Shown: in pieces, positions 46,106 to 55,236 of the stretch | How the letters are laid out: each line of letters opens with the position of its first letter | Position numbering within the stretch: the first letter of the stretch is position 1 | NCBI GenBank assembly: GCA_963767925.1 | Contig: CAVYGB010000013.1 | Location: 209,830 to 273,829, forward strand | Source of the DNA: an uncultured delta proteobacterium | Lineage (GTDB): Bacteria > Myxococcota_A > Polyangia > Fen-1088 | DNA: 64,000 bases | Direction: 5' to 3' | The notes under the pieces: model-generated | Told to the model about the DNA's origin: nothing | Seen by the model: the letters and a program-made list of their open reading frames with translations, nothing else | Databases searched by the model: none | Program-made: the position numbers and the translations under genes

Positions 46106-46760
46106 GGGTGGTCGATCGATCCCTTGCTCGGCATCGCCGAGATGAAGAAGGCGAGCGGGCTGGTGCTGGCGTCGGGGCAGGTGCCGGCGCTGCTGGTGGG
46201 CGGGGCGCGGTCGCCCCTGACGATGCCCCCGCTGGCCCCGGGGATGATGGAGGACCTGCTCGCCGAGGTGCTCTCGCCGCAGGAGCGGGCGGTGCTCACC
46301 AGCGCCGGGGTCGTCGAGTCGCAGTATCAATCGGCGGCCCACGGGAGCTTCGCGGTGCGCGCCCGGCTGGCGGGGGACAAGCTCACCTTGACCCTGAGCC
46401 GGGGGGCCGGCCGTCCGGCGGGGGCCGCCGGATCGAGGTGGGGACCCACGTCGCCAGCTTCGCCTCCGGGCTGCGGGCGGCCCTGCGCGAGAACCCCGAC
46501 GTGTTGCTGGTGGGGGAGATGCGGGACGCGGAGACCATCCGCCTGACCTCGACCGCCGCCCAGACCGGCCACCTCGTGCTGTCGACCTTGCACAGCGGCA
46601 GCGCGGTGATGGCCATCGAGCGGATCGTCGACGTGTTCAACGACAGCGAGAAGCTGCACGTGCGCCAGGAGCTGGCGGTGGCGCTCCGCCACGTGGTGGC
46701 CCAGCAGCTTTTGCCGACCGCCGGGGGCGGGCGCCTGCCCGCCCTGGCTGGGCGGAGAAG
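46106..46760 (+). pseudogene. PilT/PilU ATPase remnant with internal deletion and frameshift
   Basis: N-domain-like IDPLL..KKASGLVLASGQVP in one frame; EVGTHVASFASGLRAALRENPDVLLVGEMRD..TGHLVLSTLH in another; no Walker A. Confidence 0.75.
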
Positions 46761-46825
46761 ATGGCCGACCTGGCCCGGGCGACCGGCTCATCCCCGGCCA
46801 GCAGGCCGCCGCGCCCCGCCGGGGA

Positions 46826-47746
46826 TCAGGCGTCCGGCAGGGGGATGAAGTCGACCGCGTCGCCGGGGACCTTCGGGAAGCGGCCGTTGCGCCAGTCGTC
46901 CCGGGCCTGTTCGATCCGGGCCCGCGAGCTGGCGACGAAGTTCCACCAGACCGTTCGCTCCCCCTCCAGCCGGTCTCCGCCCACGACCATCACGCGCGCC
47001 GGGCCCTCCGCCTCGATGGCCGCCGGGACCGACGGGCGCAAGACGACCATGGTCCCGGTGGCGAAGCGGCGCCCGTCGCAGCGGATCGAGCCCTCGACAA
47101 CGTAGACCCCCCGCTCCGGATAGGTGTCCTCGATGGGCAGGCAGGCGCCCGCCTCCAGCCGGGCGTGCACGTACAGGGTCGGCGACAGCACCTGGACCGG
47201 CGACTCGGCCCCGTAGGCCGCGCCCACCAGCACGTCGAGGGCCACCCCGGGCCGGCGCAGGCTGGGGAGGCTGGCTCCGCCGTGATGCTGGAAGCTGGGC
47301 GCCGTCTCCTCGTGCGCGCGCGGGAGGGCCACCCAGCACTGCAGGCCGTGCAGACGCGGTCCGGCCTGTCGCTCTGCCTCCGGGCTCCGCTCGGAGTGGA
47401 CGATGCCCCGGCCGGCGACCATCCAGTTGATGTCGCCGGGCCGGATCGCCTGCTGCGAGCCGAGGCTGTCGCGGTGGAGGATCTCACCTTCGAACAGGTA
47501 GGTCACCGTGGCGAGCCCGATGTGCGGGTGGGGGCGCACGTCCATCCCGCTGCCCGCCGGCAACCGCACCGGCCCGAAGTGGTCGAAGAAGATGAAGGGC
47601 CCCACCAGCCGGCGCTGGCTCGCCGGCAGCACCCGGCGGACCGCGAAGTCACCGATGTCGCGCGCGCGGGACTCGAGCAGCAGCTCGATGGTCGGCGTCT
47701 CCCCGTCGACACAGACCGGTTCGTTGGCCGGGAGGGTTCCGCTCAT
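46826..47746 (-). CDS. Pirin family protein
   Basis: GPFIFFDH, HPHIGLATVTYLFEG, HRDSLG, WMVAGRGIVHSE, QCWVALP. Confidence 0.95.
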   Translation of the reverse strand: MSGTLPANEPVCVDGETPTIELLLESRARDIGDFAVRRVLPASQRRLVGPFIFFDHFGPVRLPAGSGMDVRPHPHIGLATVTYLFEGEILHRDSLGSQQAIRPGDINWMVAGRGIVHSERSPEAERQAGPRLHGLQCWVALPRAHEETAPSFQHHGGASLPSLRRPGVALDVLVGAAYGAESPVQVLSPTLYVHARLEAGACLPIEDTYPERGVYVVEGSIRCDGRRFATGTMVVLRPSVPAAIEAEGPARVMVVGGDRLEGERTVWWNFVASSRARIEQARDDWRNGRFPKVPGDAVDFIPLPDA

Positions 47747-48017
47747 GGGGAAGTCAGTTTAGAGCACCGCAGTCGGGTTGGCGTCGGGGGTACCCTCATC
47801 GCCTGGTTCGAGGACCGCTCGGGGAACGTCTGCCGGTCTTGCAGCCGAGCTGACGCACTGCCGCGTCCGCCCGCCGGCGCGCAGCGGAGCCCCGATTTTG
47901 TACCGCAACCGGGGCCTGCTGCGGAGCCGGGGGGCCGGCCAAGCCCGCGATCTTCCAGGGAGGGGCCGGGGCGCCGGCCGCCGGGGGGTCAGCACGTTTC
48001 CTGCTACTCCCGGCGGC

Positions 48018-48497
48018 ATGGACTGGACCTGGCTGAAGCTGGCAATCGCGGGCGCGCTCGCTGTCGGGGCGTGTGCGGAACCGGGGCTCGAGGGCGAGCC
48101 CCCGGTCACCGCGGCCAGCGAGGCCGCGCTCGTGCCGCCCGATCGCTACGAGGGGCAGGCGATGTGCCGGACGCTGGTGCGGGCGGCGGGCGTCGAGCCG
48201 ATCAGCCGCTGCCCGGTCGGGCCGGGTGACTACGGGGATCTGCAGCTCCCCGGGCAGGCGGTCTGCCTGCGCGACGCGTATGTCTTCACCGCCATCGCCT
48301 ACTGCTGGCGCAGCGAGTGCCTGGACCGGCAGGGGGTCACCGACGAAGACGTCCGGGCGGGGCGCGCGGCGAGCACGCCCGCCGAGGAGTCCCGCTGGGC
48401 CCGCCGGATGCTCGAGGACGCCAGCCGGCTGTGTGGCCGCACGCCCGTCGAGCCCGACACCTGCAGCACCTCGAACATCGTCGCCTGCCCCCGCTGA
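48018..48497 (+). CDS. Cys-rich hypothetical lipoprotein
   Basis: Lipobox VGAC; eight further Cys; start chosen at MDWTWLKL. Confidence 0.6.
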   Translation: MDWTWLKLAIAGALAVGACAEPGLEGEPPVTAASEAALVPPDRYEGQAMCRTLVRAAGVEPISRCPVGPGDYGDLQLPGQAVCLRDAYVFTAIAYCWRSECLDRQGVTDEDVRAGRAASTPAEESRWARRMLEDASRLCGRTPVEPDTCSTSNIVACPR

Positions 48498-48505
48498 AGG
48501 CCGGT

Positions 48506-49087
48506 TCAGTCGAGCGGCTTGAGGTATTCGTACCCCTCGCCGTGCAGGTCGTCGTCCGACAGGCCGTCGGTGTCGTTGCCCGGCACCAGGTAGACCGCGT
48601 CGGCCTGCACGTTGGCGAAGTTGAGCATCGGCAGGGTCGCCACCAGGTGGGAGAAGGTCTGCCGGGTGAACCAGGTCCCCTCGGGGAGATCACAGCGCGC
48701 GCCCAGGGTGAGGTCGCTGTTGGAGTCCCGCTCCACCAGCACCGCCAGGGTGACGAGCACGTAGCTCTGGTCGGCCGACAGGCGGTTGACCTCGTCGGCG
48801 GCCGCCCCCATCTCCTCGGCCTCGGTGGCGACGCTCCCCTCGATCTCCGAGCACCAGGTCTCGAATTCCGCTTCGGCGCCGTCGCTGCGGACCAGATCCC
48901 AGTAGCCGTAGGCGAACACCGGCATCGCCTCGTTGAGCACCGCCGTCACCCGCTTCCAGAACTGGCGCTTGTCGTTGAGGCTCTGCTCGGCGTCGCCGCG
49001 CGCCACCGCCTGGTGCAGGCGGGCCCGGAAGTCGTCCTTGAAGAAGGCCTTCACCGCCACCTGGATGCCGAAAAACGTGTAGGACAC
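48506..49087 (-). CDS. Hypothetical protein, DUF1517-like
   Basis: GTG start after GGAAGGAGAGG; SYVLVTLAVLV and C-terminal VPGNDTDGLSDDDL..GYEYLKPL resemble DUF1517. Confidence 0.6.
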   Translation of the reverse strand: MSYTFFGIQVAVKAFFKDDFRARLHQAVARGDAEQSLNDKRQFWKRVTAVLNEAMPVFAYGYWDLVRSDGAEAEFETWCSEIEGSVATEAEEMGAAADEVNRLSADQSYVLVTLAVLVERDSNSDLTLGARCDLPEGTWFTRQTFSHLVATLPMLNFANVQADAVYLVPGNDTDGLSDDDLHGEGYEYLKPLD

Positions 49088-49122
49088 GGCGCCTCTCCTT
49101 CCGCGGTCTGGTCCTGGCTCGC

Positions 49123-50538
49123 TCACCCCGAATACGACGAGCGGGATCGCCCGAACGACCCGCTCCGCCGGCTGCTCCCCACCGCGGTGACCCGGCCGCC
49201 GCTCATCCGCACGGAGACCTTGCCGAACCCGCTCGGCTTCTGCTTGCCCACCCCCGCCACCCCGCCGATGGTCCGGGCGGAGAACAGCGTGGGCCGCAAG
49301 GTGGGCCGGTAGGCGGGCGCGCTCGACACGCGGACCGGGGGCGGGGCCACCTTCGGCGGGCGCCGGCCGGGGGCCGGGCCGGCCCCGTACCCGTAGGTGC
49401 GCCAGAACAGTGGGTGGTGCAAGCCGTGGCCGCCCCAGACGTAGACGTGGGAGCCGCCGCCGCTGGCCGCCCGGCCCGGCGCCCCCGCCAGGTCGGCCTC
49501 GGTGAAGTCGGACAGCGGCACCGCCCGCACCGGGATGCCCGCCTTCTCCCAGGCGACGAAGTCGGCGTTCAGGTCGTCGAGCTCGGTCAGCGAGCTGGCG
49601 TCGGGGCGGATGTAGAGGAGGCGCTTGATGCCCGCGGCGGTGAGCGCGGCGGCCGAGGGGACCGGGGCCACGTAGCGGTTGTCGAACTGGTCGGGCTGGT
49701 CGCGGTAGGGGTTGAGGCGGTTGGCGTCGAGCACGAACAGCGCCGGGGCCGGCTGCGGCCGGGTCTGGGCCGCGTCCCGGAACAGCGGCAGGTAAAACAG
49801 GCAGGCCCCCAGGGTCAGGTGCGAGGGGACCACCCCCAGCGGGTGCGGCCAGTTGTCGAAGGTGAAGACCGGGCAGAAGCGGGGGGCCAGGGCGGCGGCG
49901 AAGGCCACCGCCAGCGGTCCGGGCAGGTCGACGATCAGCGCGAGGTCCCGGGGCGCGTCGGGCTGCTCGTGGAGCTGGCGCAGGGCCTCGCCCCGCGCGT
50001 AGACCGGCTCGGCGCCGGGCGGGTAATACGGGCGCATGAGCTGCAGCAGGCTCTGGTTGATCGGCTCGGCCAGGGCCTGGAACAGCGTGGGGACGGCGAA
50101 CGGTCGCAGGTGGGGATCGGGCGCCAGCAAGGTGACCAGCTCCCGCATGCGGGCCAGCCAGTCGGCCTTGCCGTACACGTCGCGGACCAGGTCGCTCAGC
50201 TCCACCCGCTTGTCGATGTGGCCGGCGTTCCAGCCCTCGCGCCGCTGCAGCTCGATGGTGTCGAGGGCCTGCTCGGCGTTGCGGTCGCGGTCGCCGAGGT
50301 CGCACACGAAGGCCCCCACCACCGCCGCGCCGATGCCGCCGCCCACCAGCCAGGGCAAGACGCCGAGCGCCTGGCGCCGGCCCAGGCCCGCCTCGGCCGA
50401 ATGAAAGGCCTGGAAGCTCTCGTTCCACCAGCGGGCCCCCACCACCTCATCGTTGTCGAAGAAGGCGCGGCGGACGAAGTCGGGCCGCTCGGCCCCGGGC
50501 GGGGCGGGCGGCGCGGGCGCGGCGGGCGGCTCGCTCAC
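49123..50538 (-). CDS. Hypothetical membrane-anchored protein with GFG...SGSFGRSRSS tail
   Basis: GRRQAL + hydrophobic segment; IVDLPG, FDNWPHP, FDNRY; GTG start overlaps the upstream stop. Confidence 0.75.
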   Translation of the reverse strand: MSEPPAAPAPPAPPGAERPDFVRRAFFDNDEVVGARWWNESFQAFHSAEAGLGRRQALGVLPWLVGGGIGAAVVGAFVCDLGDRDRNAEQALDTIELQRREGWNAGHIDKRVELSDLVRDVYGKADWLARMRELVTLLAPDPHLRPFAVPTLFQALAEPINQSLLQLMRPYYPPGAEPVYARGEALRQLHEQPDAPRDLALIVDLPGPLAVAFAAALAPRFCPVFTFDNWPHPLGVVPSHLTLGACLFYLPLFRDAAQTRPQPAPALFVLDANRLNPYRDQPDQFDNRYVAPVPSAAALTAAGIKRLLYIRPDASSLTELDDLNADFVAWEKAGIPVRAVPLSDFTEADLAGAPGRAASGGGSHVYVWGGHGLHHPLFWRTYGYGAGPAPGRRPPKVAPPPVRVSSAPAYRPTLRPTLFSARTIGGVAGVGKQKPSGFGKVSVRMSGGRVTAVGSSRRSGSFGRSRSSYSG

Positions 50539-51800
50539 GGCACCAGCTCCACCGCGACCGACACCGCCGCGGCGTCGGTCGCGCCCGGCGACCGGCGGGC
50601 GTAGAGGCCGGCCCGGCGGCCACCCACGAGGAAGACCCCGTGGTTGACGAGCTGGCCGTCGGGATCGCGCCGGGCGTGAAAGTAGCGCTGGGCGATCCAG
50701 CGGCGGGGCAGGGCCAGCTCGAGGCAGGCGGCCCACTCGGCGGCGTCCACCGCCCGGCCGAGGATCACCTCCTCCCCCTCGCACCCGTAATCGGATTTCA
50801 GCACCCAGTCGGCCTGCTCGGCGGCGAGCTGCGCCCGGTCGGCGGCCTCCAGGCGCACGGTGGGAGGCACGTGGGCCTCGACCGCCGCCCGGGCCGCGGG
50901 GGAGAGCCCGTCGATCTGCTCCCACAGGAAGGCCAGCAGGCGCTTGTTCTGGACCAGCACCGAGGCGAAGGGGTTGACCACCGCGCAGCGCCCGGCGGCG
51001 GCCGCGGCCAGCAGGGCGCGCAGGGGGCCGTGCAGGGGCTCGGGGTCGAGGTAGGGCTCCTCGTCGGCCCAGATGGGCAGGCGCTCGGTCCACCAGTCGG
51101 TCTTGTAGTGGCGCACGACGAGGTCGCAGGGGCTGGCGAACAGGGCCACCCGCCCGCCGGGCGCCGGGCGCAGGTTGAAGGGGGAGCCGAGCACGACCTT
51201 CCAGCCGCGCGCCTCGCACCAGCGCTGGTACAGGCGTATCAGGCCGAAGTCGCCCGCTACCTCGGTGGGGTAGACGATGCCAACCGTGGCGGGCGCGGCC
51301 GGGTCGCGCTCGACCGAGGCGAGGAAGCGGGCCAGCAGGTCCACGGCGCGGGGCTCGAGCGTGCGGTTGGGGTCCCGCTCGGGCGGCACGCCGCTGGCCG
51401 GGCCCAGCAGCACCGCCTCGGGCAGCCCGCTCGGCGTGTCGGCGTTCAGCTCGCACACGACCGGACGGGGGCCGCCGGGGCCGTCGACGAGGAACAGGTC
51501 GGCGCGGGCCAGCCCGTGCCACAGCGGCGCCGAGCTGTGCCAGAGCAGCTTCTGCACCGGGGTGAGGGCGAAGAAGTCGTCGAGCAGCTCGGGCCGGGCC
51601 AGGATGAGCCCGACCGCCTCCTGGCAGACGGCCGCAACCGCTTCGGCGGCGACCGCCAGGTCGCGCGCCTGCGCCGCCGGGAGCCGCAGCGGCTGCGGCG
51701 AGAAGCGGGGCCGGCCGTCGACCCAGGGATCGGTGACCAGCCCGGTGCGCACCAGGGCCTGCGCCAGGGCGCCGTAGTCGGCCAGCCCGGCCTCGCTCAC
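50535..51800 (-). CDS. Glutathionylspermidine synthase-like ATP-grasp ligase (YgiC-like)
   Basis: RADLF, ELNADTPSGLPEA, QNKRLLAFLWE, WVLKSDYGCEG, IAQRY. Confidence 0.85.
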   Translation of the reverse strand: MSEAGLADYGALAQALVRTGLVTDPWVDGRPRFSPQPLRLPAAQARDLAVAAEAVAAVCQEAVGLILARPELLDDFFALTPVQKLLWHSSAPLWHGLARADLFLVDGPGGPRPVVCELNADTPSGLPEAVLLGPASGVPPERDPNRTLEPRAVDLLARFLASVERDPAAPATVGIVYPTEVAGDFGLIRLYQRWCEARGWKVVLGSPFNLRPAPGGRVALFASPCDLVVRHYKTDWWTERLPIWADEEPYLDPEPLHGPLRALLAAAAAGRCAVVNPFASVLVQNKRLLAFLWEQIDGLSPAARAAVEAHVPPTVRLEAADRAQLAAEQADWVLKSDYGCEGEEVILGRAVDAAEWAACLELALPRRWIAQRYFHARRDPDGQLVNHGVFLVGGRRAGLYARRSPGATDAAAVSVAVELVP

Positions 51801-52612
51801 AGCCCCGTCACCAGCAGCGCCGTGGCCACGTAGGCCAGGCCCTCGACGGCGCCCACGGCGGCGTTGCGCTTCTCGGCGATCTCCCGGTCGAGCGCGTGGC
51901 TCCGCAGGGACAGCGGCAGCCTCAGGATCAGCGTGGCCACCAGGAGCTGCCGGACCGGGTAGAGGGCCACCGCCAGCAGCAGCGCCAGGGCGTACCCGAC
52001 CAGCGAACGGGCCCAGCCCTCGAAGCTGCCCTCGGCGGCGTGCCCAACGATGATCGCCAGGGCGATGCCGAGCCCGGCGTTGCCCAGCGCGGCCGCGGCG
52101 TTGTCCCCCCGGATCTCCTCGTCGTCGTCGTAGCGGGTCAGCCGCCGGTGCAGGACCTGGAACCCGACCAGGGTGGCCACGCCGATGACGAGGAAGACAA
52201 TCCCGACGGCCAGGTTGCCGAGGTCAGCCCCGTAAAGGCAGCTCCCGGCGACGATCCCCGCCGCGATCCGGTGCCCGGCGGAGGTGATGCCGGCGGCGAG
52301 GTTGCCCCGGGCCAGCTCGAGGCGCAGCCCGGTCCGCAGCAACACGCGATCGATCACCGCCGCCGCCCCGCCCGCCCCGACCAGCCCCACCGCCGCGAAC
52401 AGCAACATCCAGGGCAGGTCGCGCCCCAGACCGTCGCCCGCCCCCGACCCACCGAGCGCCGACCCCGCCACGAAGAACCCGCCCATCAAGGCCCCGGCCC
52501 GCGAGATCGCCCGGGCGGGAGAGACCGGCTCGGCCGCGGCGGGCGCGGCGGCGGCCGGCGGCTTGACCGCCGGTGCGCGGGCGGCAGATCGCGGAGGCGC
52601 AGCAGGGGCCAT
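51797..52612 (-). CDS. DUF350 membrane protein (duplicated domain)
   Basis: ELARGNLAAG, YDDDEEIRGDNAAAAL, EIAEKRNAAVGAVEG; multiple TM helices. Confidence 0.8.
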   Translation of the reverse strand: MAPAAPPRSAARAPAVKPPAAAAPAAAEPVSPARAISRAGALMGGFFVAGSALGGSGAGDGLGRDLPWMLLFAAVGLVGAGGAAAVIDRVLLRTGLRLELARGNLAAGITSAGHRIAAGIVAGSCLYGADLGNLAVGIVFLVIGVATLVGFQVLHRRLTRYDDDEEIRGDNAAAALGNAGLGIALAIIVGHAAEGSFEGWARSLVGYALALLLAVALYPVRQLLVATLILRLPLSLRSHALDREIAEKRNAAVGAVEGLAYVATALLVTGL

Positions 52613-52745
52613 GATCCCCATTTTGCGCCCGATCCCGCCAGGTTTGAACGGCAAACCAGCGCCGGGTTCCGGGTAGCGCGCGCTGTCGTCGGGGGGCTGC
52701 GGGAGGCTCGCCAGGGTCGGGGTGGTCGGGGTAGCGTGCGGGCCG

Positions 52746-53978
52746 ATGACAAAGGTTGCGCGGAAGGTCGTGCGCGAGGTGGTCCGGACCCTGGCTCCGT
52801 TTGCGCTGGTGCCCCTGCTGGCTTGCTCGGGCGGCGGGCCCGCTCCGGCGGCGCCGCGCCCGGAGGCCGAGCCGCCGCCCGCCTCCGCGCCGGCCGCCAG
52901 CCCGGATGCGGGCGCGCCCGCCCCGGCGCCGGAGCCGTCCCCGGTGGACGCGGCTCCCCCCAGCGTCGATCCGGCGGCCCCGCCCGCTCCCCCCGCGATC
53001 CCCCCCGCCAAGCCGGTGGGGCCGCCCCGGCCGGGCACCGACACGACCGTCGCGCCGTTTGCCGGCGCACACGTCTATTTCCTCGGAGGCATGGACAACA
53101 AGCGCATCCAGGACGTGACGGCCAGCTTTCCGCCGATGCCGCTCACCTACGAGCGCATCACCCTGAAGCTCGCCCTGCGCTGCCCGCCCGCGGGCGGCTG
53201 CGACTACTGGGACCGCCGGGGCTCGCTGGGGATCGTGCGCAAGGTCGACGGCAAGGACGCGGTCGTCGAGGTGATGCGCTTCATGACCCCTTACCGGGCG
53301 CCCGCGAGCTGGACGGTCGACGTGACCGCGCTGCGGCCGCTGCTGGCGGGCGAGGTGACGTTGCGGGTGTTCGTCGACACCTGGGTCGGCCCCGGCCACC
53401 CCCAGGGCGCCGGCTGGCTGGTCGACGCCAGCTTCGAGCTGAAGGGGGGCACCCCCGCGCGCTTGCCGGTCGCGGTCATCCCGCTCTGGGAGGAGATGCG
53501 CTTCGACTACGGCGATCCCGCCAAGCCGGTGGCCGCCGCCGTGCCGCCCCGCCAGCCGGCCATCCCCGCCGACGCCAGCGCGGTCGAGCTGCGGGCGATC
53601 ATCACCGGCCACGGTCAGGGCAACTTGCAGAACTGCGCCGAGTTTTGCCGCCGCATCCACAGCTTCCGCTTCGGCGAGACGACCTTCGACAGGCTCCTGT
53701 GGCGCGACGACTGCGCCACCAGCGGCGCCCCCGGCCAGGCCGGCAACACCCGTTCGCCCCGCGCCGGCTGGTGTCCGGGGGCCGACGTGGTGCCCTGGGT
53801 TGTCGACGTCAGCGCCGCCGCCCGCCCGGGGGTGACCGTCGCCTACGCGGTCGATCCCTACGAGAACACCTGCCGCCCCGACGCTCCGGTGTGCGGCTGC
53901 GCGAGCTGCCCCTACAACAACAACGGCCACACCGCCCCCTACTACTGGCTGTCGGCCGCCCTCATCGTGTACCGGTAG
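52746..53978 (+). CDS. Peptide-N-glycosidase F-related lipoprotein
   Basis: Lipobox LLAC, Pro-rich linker; CDYWDR, EVMRFMTPY, ITGHG, CAEFC, RAGWCPG. Confidence 0.85.
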   Translation: MTKVARKVVREVVRTLAPFALVPLLACSGGGPAPAAPRPEAEPPPASAPAASPDAGAPAPAPEPSPVDAAPPSVDPAAPPAPPAIPPAKPVGPPRPGTDTTVAPFAGAHVYFLGGMDNKRIQDVTASFPPMPLTYERITLKLALRCPPAGGCDYWDRRGSLGIVRKVDGKDAVVEVMRFMTPYRAPASWTVDVTALRPLLAGEVTLRVFVDTWVGPGHPQGAGWLVDASFELKGGTPARLPVAVIPLWEEMRFDYGDPAKPVAAAVPPRQPAIPADASAVELRAIITGHGQGNLQNCAEFCRRIHSFRFGETTFDRLLWRDDCATSGAPGQAGNTRSPRAGWCPGADVVPWVVDVSAAARPGVTVAYAVDPYENTCRPDAPVCGCASCPYNNNGHTAPYYWLSAALIVYR

Positions 53979-54014
53979 CGCCACGCGGACCGGGCGCGGC
54001 TGCCTGGCCCGGGG

Positions 54015-54596
54015 TCAGGGCGCTTCGGATCGGGGGGCTTGCTCGCCGCACACGAGGGCGGGATCGGGCGGCGCCGGCAGGCCCCACAGGGGGGTGCCGG
54101 TCGCCGTGAGGCACGCGCCGGAGAGCCAGCCGGCGCGGTAGTGGCCGACCTGCTCGGCGGCGCAGGTAGCGTCGGTGGTGAAGTACCAGTATTCGTGTTC
54201 GGTGCAGCCGGCCGGACAGTCGCCACCGCCGCGCTTGAAGGCGAGGGCGAAGCCGCCGTCGGGGGTGAAGGCGTGGATGGCGCTGCCATCGCCGGCCCGG
54301 CGGGGCTCGGGCTGGTGCAGGCGGCTCACGTCGGCGAGCTCGGGCCAGCGGGCGTGGATCGCGGCGATGACCGCGGCCAGGGTGGTGCCGGCGCAGGCCC
54401 CCGGCCCGGGAGCGGTGAGCGCGTAGACCGGCGACCCGGGTGCGGCGGGCGCGAGGTTCGCCGATGGCGGCGGGGCGGGGAGCTCGGCCCGAACCGGATC
54501 GACGGAGCCAGCGGGGGAGGGGCCTGCGGCCTCACAGGCGGCCAGCAGCGCGACGAGGCCGGTGGCGAAGGCCGCGTTCGGCAGCGACCGGGCCAT
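54015..54596 (-). CDS. Hypothetical lipoprotein
   Basis: Lipobox LAAC; GGGDCPAGC motif; start uncertain. Confidence 0.6.
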   Translation of the reverse strand: MARSLPNAAFATGLVALLAACEAAGPSPAGSVDPVRAELPAPPPSANLAPAAPGSPVYALTAPGPGACAGTTLAAVIAAIHARWPELADVSRLHQPEPRRAGDGSAIHAFTPDGGFALAFKRGGGDCPAGCTEHEYWYFTTDATCAAEQVGHYRAGWLSGACLTATGTPLWGLPAPPDPALVCGEQAPRSEAP

Positions 54597-55236
54597 CACC
54601 CGTCGAGCCGCCTCCACGACAGCGCCCCACCGCCACCCCCGACCAACCATCGCTGCGGACTTTATCACAGGTGCCGCCAGGACGCTCGCCGCGCGTCGGC
54701 GCTCGCGCGGCACGGGCCTAAGGCTCCGCTGTCAGACCGAGTGGCGTGGCACCGTCTCGGTCCCGCTTCGCCGTCAATCGAGCGCCTCGGAGGCCACGGC
54801 GAGGGCGGTGGCGGCCAGCGCCACAGGGCGGGCACGCCGGCCAGGAGTGGCCACGCTGCGAGCTTCAAGGTGGGGCCGTCGGGCAGATTGGCAAGAGCGC
54901 CCGCGCTCCCCGAGCGTGGAGAAGACGATCGCGGCCGCCAGCACGGACACGATCAGGAGCCAGCTCAGGCGGGTGCGGGGGGCGGATGCGCCGGCGGGGC
55001 AGCGCGGTCAGGACCCGCAAAATGAAGCCGGAATCGCGATCGGGGGCCTCGAGAAAGTGGTGGCGCAGCCCTCCATCGAGGCCGGCGCGCGTCAAGCCGG
55101 CGTTAAATGGTCGGTTCCCTGGCCATTTTGAGCACGCGAATTTTACCGATCATAGACCCGCCGCGATCCTGAGGAGGCCTACAATCCTTTCCCTCACAAC
55201 GGTTTCACCGCCCCTCGCTCGAGCTTCGGAGGAAAA

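Noticed and set aside
47760..47850. IAWFEDRSGN resembling a glyoxalase C-terminus
   Set aside because: Too short to support a call
54770..55010. Hydrophobic minus-strand fragment (RLSWLLIVSVLAAAIVFS)
   Set aside because: No start codon and no recognisable family; may be a remnant but cannot be supported
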